A stretch of DNA of 64,000 nt from the human T2T-CHM13v2.0 reference genome, Homo sapiens, in NCBI RefSeq assembly GCF_009914755.1, contig NC_060925.1; one strand, 5' to 3'. The stretch's first letter is position 1. Each line of letters starts with the position of its first letter. Position numbers and translations under genes: made by a program. Below are positions 1 to 10,500 of this stretch, in pieces. The notes under the pieces were generated by a model that was not told the origin of the DNA, made no database searches, and saw nothing but the letters and a program-made list of their open reading frames with translations.

Positions 1-764
1 AACAGATTCTCTGAATATGCGTTAAAAAACATAAATCACTGGATTAAACTTGTAGAGAATGATGAAAGCTAAATTCGTGTATATACATGTGGCAGGACAA
101 ATGTACCCTTTTATTATTTAACCTGAATGAAAGCAATAAATTTGAAACAGGTTTAACTGATGATATTGGTAATCCACAACAGATTTTGTAAGTGTTTTTG
201 AATGAACGTTGGTTTTGTTCAATAATCCCTTGGATTAAAGAAGGGTTAGATAACTCAAACAATCTGCAAAGAATCATATTATTTTGCTATTTATCTTTTA
301 TTTTTACCAAAAAAATGATAAGTATGGTTTAGGCTTTAGCAAATTAAACCAAAAACTGAATTATTCAATTCATTTTTTAAAATTTGTGGCTAGGATTACC
401 CAAGAACATTTTTACCTATGTTCTTGGATAGCAGCCTGTTCTCCATCCTCTACTGTTAATACATAGTGTTATGTAGCAATAATACAGATCTTATTTTTAG
501 GTAGACTGACAATAGCTTCTCAATTACTTGCTTTGCTGATCTATCGCATCCCCTTTAGGTCTTCCAAATTTTATAAACTTTAAAATGTAGAATAAAAATT
601 CTTTAAATTTCCTCTGTATAGCCACTTATTTCCCTACCTCAACCCCTGCCCACATTCAAATAAAAGGTTTGAAAGAATTATTAGGTGGGTACTGGTATTC
701 AGTTCTAATAATAATTAAAAGTGAATAATTGTTTGTTTATTTAGCAATTACTAGATGGTAGAAA

Positions 765-922
765 GTCTCTTCATCCATTATCTCATTGAATTCCTCACAA
801 AAACACTGTGAGACAGAGAGAATTTTTTCCCCATTTTTCCACGAGACAATTAAGTTACATGATAAATTAATATACCCAAGGTCACACATCTAGCAAGTGG
901 TAGATCCGGGGTTCAAACACAC
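765..922 (-). mobile_element. MIR SINE fragment
   Basis: Reverse-complement MIR core: 'attatctcattgaattcctcac...cccaaggtcacacatctagcaagtggtagatccggggttcaaac'. Confidence 0.75.
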
Positions 923-929
923 CCACATC

Positions 930-1805
930 CATACTAGTTATCTATTGCAGCATAACAAATTATTCTAAAAAGTAATGGCTTAAAACAGTAAACTTTTATT
1001 ACCATAGATTCTGAGTCAGGAATTAAGGGATGGCTTAGTTTGTTGGTTCTGGCTCAAGGTCTCTTAGGAGATTGTCGTCAAGATGTCAGCATGTAGGCCA
1101 GGTGCAATGGCTCACTCCTATGATCTTAGCACTTTAGGAGACTGAGGCAAGAGGACCACTTGAGGCCAGGAGTTCGAGACCAGCCTAGTCAACCTAATGA
1201 GACTCAGTCTCTACATAAAAGAAGAAAAACTTAGCCAGGCATGGTGGTGCACATCTGTAGTCCCAACTACTGGGGAGGCAGAGGTGAGAGGATTGCTTAA
1301 GTCTGTGAGTTCAAGGTTGCAGTGAGCTATGATCATGCCACTGCACTCCAGCCCTGATGACAGAGCCAGACCTTGTCTCTAAAAACAAATTTAATTTAAA
1401 ATTAAAAATTAAACCAAAAAAGATGTCAGTAGAAATGTCAGCCATCTAAAGGTTTGACTGGGGCTTGAAGGTATGCTTCTAAGATGCCTCACTCACATGG
1501 GTATTGGCAGGGTGCCTAAGTTTCTCCCTAGCTGTTGGCAGAAAGCTCAGTTTCTTGCTCCATGGACCCTTCCAAAGAGCTGCTTGAGTGTCCTCTCAAC
1601 GCATCTTAACCAATTCTTTCAAAGCAAAACAGAAGTCACAACATCATAGTCCCTCAGAAGTCACTCCAAAATTTCTGCAATATCCTATTGGTTACACAAA
1701 TCAGCCCTACACTACAGCCTACACAAATCAGGGTGACACTACACAAGGAAGTGATTATCAAGGAACAGGGATCACTTGGACCATCTTGGAACCTGGCTAT
1801 GTTCC
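930..1805 (-). mobile_element. MaLR LTR (MLT1F/G/H-like), interrupted by an Alu
   Basis: Begins 'tagttatctattgcagcataacaaattattctaaaa...ggcttaaaaca' and ends 'gggatcacttggaccatcttggaacctggcta', typical reverse MLT1 ends; split at 'aagatgtcag'. Confidence 0.75.
1096..1420 (+). mobile_element. Alu (old, AluJ-like)
   Basis: Dimeric Alu with B box gttcgagac, diverged A-tail, and 'aagatgtcag' on both flanks. Confidence 0.95.
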
Positions 1806-1947
1806 CAGCACAAAATATATTATTAGAAAAGTTAGACAGTCTTGGTTTTTTTGTCTGTACTTACTGAATGAAGAAACTGCACTGAAAAGCTATATCCAAC
1901 TGTAATTGCTACTCATTCATATTTTTAACATGGAGGATATTACATTC

Positions 1948-2258
1948 GTTTGTTTGTTTGTTTGTTTGTTTTTGACATGGAGTCTCACTCTGTCACCCAG
2001 GCTGGAGTGGTGCAGTGGCATGATCTCTGATCACTGCAACCGCTGCCTCCCAGGTTCAAGCAATTCTTGTGCCTCAGCCTCCCAAGTAGCTGGGGCTACA
2101 GGCGTGTGCCACCACACCAGGCTAATTTTTGTATTTTTAGTAGAGACGGGGTTTCGCTATGTTGGCCAGGTTGGTCTCGAACTCCTGACCTCGGGTGATC
2201 TTCCTGCTTCGGCCTCCCAAAGTACTGAGATTACAGACGTGAGCCACTGTGCCTGGCC
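1948..2258 (-). mobile_element. Alu (AluS-like)
   Basis: Full reverse Alu, (GTTT)n tail, TSD core 'ggatattac' on both sides. Confidence 0.95.
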
Positions 2259-2612
2259 TGGATATTACTTTTATTGGATAAAATTCCTAGAATAATACTT
2301 ACCTCATATTCAAATATAGAAACAAAATCATATCCAAAGAGAGATCTTTAATTTTTTTCAGTTATCAATCATTCTGCTCTCACTCAAATTACCATTTTGC
2401 TCTAGTACAGATTACCACTGTGTAGGCAAGACATTCACAGATTACTTCTGTAAAGGTCCAGATAGTAAATATTTCAGCTGCACACCAGAGAATCCCTGTT
2501 GCAACTACCTAACTCTGCTGTTGGAATATCAAAGCAGTCATAAACAATATTAAGTGAATAGGCATGACTGTATTCCAATAAAACTTTATTTAAAAAAATA
2601 TATAGTAGGCCA

Positions 2613-2905
2613 GACTGGGTGCAGCAGCCCACGTCTGTAATCCCAGCACTTTGGGAGGCTGAGGCGGGCAGATCACCTGAGGTCAGGAGTTGGAGACCCG
2701 CCTGGCCAAAGTGGTGAAACCCTGTCTCTACTATAAATACAAAAATTAGCTGGGCATGATGGCAGGCACCTATAATCCCAGCTAATCAGGAGGCTGAGGC
2801 ATGAGAATTGCTTGAATCAGATAGGCAGAGGTTGCAGTGAGCCAAGATCATGCCACTGCATGTAGCCTGGGTGACAGAGCGAGACTCTGGCAAAAAAACA
2901 AATAC
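2613..2905 (+). mobile_element. Alu (AluS-like)
   Basis: Full dimer; TSD atatat(a/g)gtaggcca at 2598-2612 and 3029-3043. Confidence 0.95.
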
Positions 2906-3034
2906 AAATATATATATACATATATATATATAATATATATTTGTATATATGTATATATATGTGTATGTATATATATGTATATATGTATATATATGTGTGT
3001 GTGTGTATATATATACACACACATATATATATAT
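2906..3034. repeat. Compound (TA)n/(TG)n/(CA)n microsatellite derived from Alu tail
   Basis: Directly visible between the Alu poly(A) and its 3' TSD. Confidence 0.95.
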
Positions 3035-3384
3035 GGTAGGCCAGATTCAGTAGTTGGGTGGACTTTTGAACAACTATCTTGATTTCACGTAACTAAAATG
3101 ACTTTAAATTTTATGTGACAGAATGATGTTAAGTTGTTTGTCCGGCCCATAAAATATTGTACAATTTTAGGAAAGCTGACAGCACCATCAAGATAGAAAA
3201 GATGAGCCTCTGTAAAAACAGAGCGTAATAGATAAGACAAAAATTTTACACATCAAATCATCACTCTAAAAATATTAAGTCATTCTAGAAAATAAACAGA
3301 ATTAAGGGTGGATAAAATTTTGATAATTCTTAATTCTGTCTGTATTATGAATACTTCATATTTTTAGCTGACTTGAATTCTCTA

Positions 3385-3445
3385 GACCTTATATATTGTG
3401 TCCAACACAGAATAGGCACTCGACACATATTTGTTGAATGAATTT
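3385..3445 (+). mobile_element. L2 3'-end fragment
   Basis: 'aacacagaataggcactcgacacatatttgttgaatgaat' matches the L2 terminus. Confidence 0.6.
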
Positions 3446-3879
3446 CCACATGCTCCGCACCCCCCAGCCTTTGCTACCTTTTCTTGTCTCATCAACAAGC
3501 TTTTCAGGCCAACTTGAAGTTCACTGTCAGTTTTGCTTTTAAGAAGTCATCCAACAAAAAGTAAATAGCAGGTAAGAAATAGTTATTGAAAGATAATTGA
3601 AGATATAAAGACTTAAAAACAAATTGAAAAATTATAGAATAGAATGAACATTGACTTCAAATAGACTGGCTAACAGGAGCAATGAAGCATCAGACAATAG
3701 AGTAATTGGTGAGGAATTTATTGGCCTCTGACAAAGCTATTAAAGATAAGTTCCATTTAGTCATTCTCACTTTTACTGCAGTTGTTTTTACTTTGAGGCC
3801 AAGCATTATATTTTTAACCCACATTTTAATGTGGTTATATCTATAGCTTAAAACCTCTTATTATATCTACTACAGTGTT

Positions 3880-4045
3880 CATTCACTCATCCAAACAAAC
3901 GTTTATTCATTTATTTCTTGAGCACCTACAATGTGCCAAGCACTAGGTAAGTTCTCAAAGATACAATGGAAAACAAAACATGGATCCTGCCCTTAAGGTG
4001 CTTGGAGGCTGATGGGGGATACAGAAAAGTAAACAGGCATGGTAA
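3880..4045 (-). mobile_element. L2 3'-end fragment
   Basis: 'attcactcatccaaacaaac...ttgagcacctacaatgtgccaagcactag...cctgcccttaag'. Confidence 0.75.
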
Positions 4046-4284
4046 AAATGCACAGTGTCATAAGGTACAAAGCTCATATCCAAGTATATTAACTTCACAT
4101 TAAACAGAAGTATTAAACTTTCATATTACAGGTCCCAAAGACAATACCTACTGTGCATTTCAGCTATTTCCACTTTTCAAAACAGAAGTAAAAACAACAA
4201 AATCATAAACACCATTACTGGAATATACTGCTTTATAACTGTATTACAGAAAATGCAAATTACTAAAGTGGTTTAAGGAGAAAA

Positions 4285-4530
4285 AAGTTTCCTGGCCAAA
4301 TTATTTTGCAAAATGCTGGGTTCAACAAAATTAAACAGATTTCTTTTTTCACTGTAGAACTTTTCAGCACTTATAATATGGTAATAAGCATTGTGACTCA
4401 CTCAGAGGGCAAATATGATTTGCAGTGTTTTGAAATGTATTTGATAAGGGTATGCTTTTTAAAGAAAGTGTCACTTAATATCTAGTAGGGCGTGAATGTT
4501 TATGGGAACGTAGTTTGACAAATACTACCA
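4285..4530. mobile_element. hAT-Charlie fossil (Charlie4a/4z-like)
   Basis: 'aatgctgggttcaacaaaattaaacagatttc...taatatggtaataagcattgtgac...gggaacgtagtttgacaaatact'. Confidence 0.6.
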
Positions 4531-7419
4531 AATATAGTTTGAGAAATATTACCAATAACAATTTCACAGGTTTTAATCAAATCATATTCATTATAATCTA
4601 GGAGGGCTAACTCTTTAAGTGAAATATTAAATAAATCCTTTTGTTATGCAACAGAGTATTTTTGCAAAACTCTCTAATTTAATATCTTTCAAATTCAGAA
4701 TTTAGTTGATTTGTTCTTTTTTAAAGAAGCATTTCCCTGGGATCCTATTAAAGGCTATCAGGTTTTGCTAATCCTTGGCTAATTATGTGACAGAATTCAG
4801 GAGAGTCCAGATAGGAAGCAGAGGAGTCTGTGATCTCAGCTTGCAGAGGACAGCCAAAAGACGAGTAGATGAAGCAAACTGATGTCCCCAGGTTAGGCAC
4901 CTTCTTTTCTTCCCCCTTCCTTAACCTTTTTCCTCTCCTTGTTTCTTTATAACTTATTTTCCCTTTCCCACTCTGTTTCTTTGCTTCCTCTCCCTTTTAC
5001 TTAACTCCTTCTCAATGACATAGGTCTGTCTATGATCACCAAAGATTTAAATTTAACCCTACTAATAGCCATCCCAGCAATACTATTGCAATAGTATTTT
5101 ATAATTCATGTGTGGGAATGAAAATAGTGAAGTAGGCAGCTCATTCATAGCAATGGAAGGGATAAAGAAGCTGTCCCCTGTTGGCACAGACTGACCTCTG
5201 ATTTCCCAGTTTCCTCTCTACTGGCTCTACTGGTACTGGCTCTATCCCGTACAAAGTGGTTTTGAAAGATAAGATCACGCCATGTTAGTGCATGTGTGTG
5301 GAGGAGAACTTTTGAGATAGGATTTGACTTGTGCAGTATTTGCCTCCACATCAGGCACCTCATATTTGAATCCTTATATTTGAGTTTCTCTTATTATAAG
5401 GTGATCTACCAAGTCTTATTTTATATGATTAAATACTGGTTGGAGAAGACACATAGTCTCAAAGACTCAGACAACAATAGTTTTTCAATTGTTAGAGAAG
5501 TCTCTAATTGAATTGGTAAAAATAGGAGACAAAGAAAGTTAATACAGACAGTAGCTATTCCTGGGGCGTCTGCTTCATAATTGCAAGTGTTAGAAAATGT
5601 TGTAAACATGCCTTTATTCAGATTAGTTGGAAAAGCATTATAGTAAGTTATTACAAAGTGGATATCAAACAGACACCTAAAAATGAATTTTTTTTTAAGT
5701 TGCAAGTACTTGCAAAATAAGCCTAAGGGAATTCCTATAGGCTTAAGCAGGAAAACTATCTAACATGCAGTGAATACTTATAGAAGTGGGTGGTGGGGGA
5801 GGGGGAGGGGGAGGATGAAAATGAAAGTGGTTTAAGCTGCAGAAGGAGGAAAAATCAGAGATTGGTGACTGACCAAAGGAAGCACCTGCTTTCCGGAAAT
5901 TAAAATCATGTGTTAGGCAGCTCTGACTTAATTGCCAAATGGGGTGAAGCCCAGCCTCTAGTGTAAAAGGGTCCCAGATTATAATTGGGCATCATGGATT
6001 AAAATTCAATACCTGAAAATTTCCTCAGAAATGAATGGGCAACTGGGACAGACTGCAGAGCCCAGTACAATATGCTTCCCGCAGCTGACACTGGCTGGTC
6101 ACTTTATTTGGCACCAAATAAAGTTCCCAAGTGGTCTTTAAGGGCATTCAGCTGCTGAGTGCTTATTTCATTCATCTCTTATTGTGCTGCCAGTAGCAGA
6201 TCCAAAGAAGTAGCATGAATCAGCTCTGTGGATAAAATTTTCTCAGGCTGCGTGGTGGAGATGCAACTGGACTCATTTCACTGCTTTAGTGGGACCTTCA
6301 CTAGCAGCAGTACCTTGAATAGTAACAGCTTTCACACAATGTCATTCAACAGGAAATTTGAGGGAAAGCAGGACAAACTTGAACATTAGGAAACTTCCAA
6401 AATAAATGCCATTTAGCGAAGAAAACAAAAATCTTAATGAGAAACATTATATACTTTTGTCATTACCAGATACCTTAGAATATTGTGAAATAAAGCTCGT
6501 AGCTCCCCTCTGTGTGTACTTCCAGCTGCAAAGTAGAGGCTAGCGCCTAAATTTCCTACATTAAACATAAAACTATGGCATTATACTTACCTCTCTTTAG
6601 TTGCTTCTGTTTAAAGTAGCTAGAGGATTAAAAGTCAATCCATACAATACCTTTAGTTTTATATGGACTAATTTCAAAACACATACTCAATGGCAAAGTG
6701 TGTTTTCTTATTTCTGTCAATTCTAGTAAAATTTTCTGATTATAAAATAATGTTTCGTGTCTTCCCCCATGCCGGTTTAAAAACTGCAGGAGCTATAGTA
6801 ATTCTGCTGAGGTCACGAACTTGTCTGATGAAGTACAGATGAATGTAAAATATTCTTCTAAGCTTAATAGGTCTTATTAATGTGTAGTTCCAGTACACAT
6901 TTTTTAATTTAAATTCACGGAAAGGTTAAAAAGCAGTAGTTTTTACTATTGTTTTGCCTTTGGTTTAGGACAAATTATGCACATACCCACAAGAGAAACA
7001 GTCTGCTAATCATTTCGTATAAATCACTGTTAGCGGCAGTATCTAATAGTGCTACTATCACTGAATGATCAAGAGTCTTACATTTCCATTAGAATTAGGA
7101 GCAAGGGCTAATTATTTTTAGTTAAAGTTGAATTTAAACGGGAAGCATATTTTGGCATTTAGTCTGGAAACCCAGGACTGTTATAAAATGCCTGCTTGTA
7201 AATTCAGAGAATAGAAAAATACATACAGATTTTTTTTGTTTCTTGGTTTTTGGAGAAGTTGGTATAGTTACAGTGAGATCATTAATGTAAATATAGGAAT
7301 ATAATATAATTAATATAAGATGTTCTGTTCTTGTGTTTATGGCCAAATTCTGCAGTATAAAATGAATTAATTTACCCAAATAAATACGCATAGTATCTGG
7401 ATGCTTCTCTAAATTGAAT

Positions 7420-7560
7420 TTCTTTTAACTTTTTAGTAAGGAAAATTCCAAATTTATACTACACAGAATAGCATAATAAAACCCCATGTACCCACTACTT
7501 CACATCACTGATTAGCAACACATTATCCATTTTGTTTCATCTTTATCTCAACCCCTTTCC
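7420..7560 (-). mobile_element. Old L1 (L1ME-like) 3' UTR fragment
   Basis: 'gaaaattccaaatttatac...agaatagcataataaaaccccatgtacccactac...ttgtttcatct'. Confidence 0.55.
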
Positions 7561-10500
7561 CTTCAGAATTCTCTTCTTCAACAGATGAAATAGTATGGGA
7601 TTTAAAAATTGATGGAACTTATTTTATAAAATCTCTATCTCAGGATTAAGCATTTTATTTAAGAGGTTTTTGCTTTTCAGTTTACCCAGGAAAAGACAGG
7701 TGCACCCTACACACAACATGAAGTGGTGGATGAGGTGGGTATTTAGTAAACTCACACCTCAAACACCAAAAATTCAATGATCTGGGTTTTTGTTTTCTAT
7801 CAGTTTTCTAGGTAATTAAAATGTTGCTCTTTTTCACCAGTGGAATTTTGAGTCTTCCACTTCTACCACTCCTCTAAACCTCTCAGCTTTTCTGCTTTCT
7901 TTTCTTCTTTCTCTCTTTATTTATTTTTGCTTCCCTCTAAATCATAAATAATAATAGTTCCTACATCATAGCTTTTTAGATTTTAATGACAGCCTCCAAG
8001 GACAGGTGCCAGTTAAATGAAACATATAATTAAAACTTGTGCTATTCTAAAATTGGGTTACTTGGCAATACTCAAATCAGAGGCTACCCCCATTCAGAAG
8101 ACATGCATGTAGTATTTATCTGGGTTACCGGGTGTGCAGCAGATTCAATCAAGGCCAGTCTTTGCTAGGTGCCAAAAATGTGGTGGAATGTTTAGTTCGG
8201 CGCACCCACATTTCAGGTTTCTCTCCATGGCACCAGAGTAAGTGTTCTGCAGCTTGCAACATTGGCAACCAGTGTTCTTCTTCTTAACTAAAAATTTCAG
8301 TAAAGCAATATGTTTACCAAGCAATTAATTTAGGCATTTGCGCATATATATGTATGTATATGTGTATGAATTATCATACTTGTTGCATAAGTTTTATGAG
8401 TTTTTTATAAAGTTTATGATAAGTTTTTCTTTAACTTCCAGTACTTTCTCACTAAAAAATAGAAAGACATGATCTCAGTCTCAGTCCTAGTCTGGGACAT
8501 AGACATCATGTTGTTGGATCCCATGTTTGTCCTTTCAAGCATGGTTATCATTTTTCTATAAGCAATCTCTTGAAGTAGCTTTGCTTTCAGAAGCTCCTGA
8601 GAATCCTTCCACGTTTACTCAAGAGCAAGCTTTCTGATTCTATTACTGTCCCTATTAATTCTACTCTGGTAACTCTTCAACCTTTCATTGATTTTCCTCT
8701 CTTTGGACTTGTCATTTGTGCCCTGCACCACAATGCTGACTGGGGGACAGGCACTATCTCTGCTGAGTTGGAAACGTCATGATGTTTTCATCGGTAGCAT
8801 GCGACTCTTGATATCCTGTGTGAATTTAGGCTGGGCTCTAGTTCTCTTGGCCACACTCACCATTGAGATGCAGTCCCTGCTTTCATCCCCTTCTACTCTT
8901 GTACTCCTTGAGTCCTTCTACCTTACATCTTAATTCTGTATGTTTCACGTGGTTTTCCCACAAAGGTCTTCTCTGTGTGTGCATTGTCTCTCAGACAATA
9001 TGACATTGCTGGTGAGTTTTCTCTAATGTCTCGCTAGTCTCCTTGGTGATACACTGACAGGCAGACATATCAACCAGACTCAGCTCTGTTTTGTAGCTGT
9101 GCCTTGGAGTCACAGTGATGCCTCTGGCTTGTCCTAACTCTTAAGCCTTCGCCTCTGCAAACCAGCAGTCAGACAGGACACTTTCCTTTCCCAAACCAAA
9201 TGTCACTCACAGGATTATTGTTAGGAAATTAGCCCCTTCTCTATGCTCATGTACCAGTTTCCCATTTCAAATATTTCCCATAGTTTCAAAGCACTAGGCA
9301 AAAAATTCAAGTTGATACTGTTTAACCAGGCACACCTTTATTTTCAAATTATTTAAATATTCAATCTTTCCTGCCTCACTGTGTGTGTGGGTTTCACTCT
9401 AACAAATGTGCTATACAAAAATTTGGATGTATGTTTAATTTGATTTTCTTCTGAATAAATCTGAATTTTTTAAAAATCAGTAAGAAAAGGTGCAAACCAT
9501 TAGGAAAGCATTTAAAGTAGATTAATTGCTTATCAAGTTTTCATTCTCTCTTCAAACCATATTGAACCACTTGTTTTACATGAATTCCAAAGGCTGGCAC
9601 TAGCTTTCATTTCAAGAAATAAATGACACAGGGTATTATATTTTAAGCACCATTAAAACCTTGAAATTGCACAGTGACTTAGAAAACAACAAGTTAGTTA
9701 GTTTGGATAGCTTTGTAATAGTTATACAATGGGGAAATTCATTGTTAAACGACCCTCCCACTCTTATCTCACAGGTAATGCTTGTCAGAAAGAGGAAGGA
9801 AAAATGAGACTGGTATCCAGGTACACAGGTATAGGAAGATCAGAGAGAACGTACCAAATATTCACAGGGAATCTGTTATTCATTGATCCATGACTAGTGA
9901 TTGGAAACTATTTTTGCCTGGACAGACAAATCTAGCTCATCGCTGTCATCCTAATTCCTAGCTTCTATAATCCACTACTAAAGTTGTTCTTATCTATATT
10001 TTAATGTGTTTGAACAGAGGGTGGTTGTAATACTGTTAATGAAACAATTTTAATATAAATGATTTAGGAATTATATTAAGTGGCATTTGAATCTGATGCT
10101 TCCACCACCTAATTTATCTCCTTTTTAACCTTTTCTTTTACACCTTCATTAGAATATCTATTAAGGTAATGAAATCTAGCTACCAGATTAAAAAGCAGAA
10201 TACTCCAAGTTCTAAAATAATAAGAATGATAGTATTTAAAAAAATTTTTTTGAGCAAAATTTCAAACCAGTGAAAACAACAAACAACAAACCCCATCTGT
10301 TTTTATGATGCAACTCAAACAGCACCTGAGTCTATAAACAGGCAATAATTGGTTAGCTAACCAAAGTGATACAGTTCATTATTTTTCTATTGCACATTTA
10401 TGTAGTTCCCCCCGAAGCACAAGCATAATTTGGTTTTTTTAAAAAATATGATTTACATATGGCACTTGAAGAGAGATGTTTTAGAAAATCATATAAAATA

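Larger units (their letters stand above)
2435..3062 (+). mobile_element. MER58A-like hAT-Charlie MITE, interrupted by Alu and microsatellite
   Basis: 'ttctgtaaaggtccagatagtaaatattt...gttgcaactacctaactctgc...ttccaataaaactttattt', resuming at 'ggccagatt' after the Alu tail. Confidence 0.7.

Noticed and set aside
120-220. AATAAA near 135 as the end of a 3' UTR
   Set aside because: AATAAA is frequent in AT-rich DNA and no upstream exon is visible in the window.
1906-2295. 129-aa ORF, and similar ORFs at 53888, 55261, 55796, 57846 and 62667
   Set aside because: Alu-derived translations ([24 protein letters not shown]).
2786-3082. YI/HT/CV-rich ORFs (also at 37957, 61153, 61230)
   Set aside because: Translations of TA/CA/TG microsatellites.
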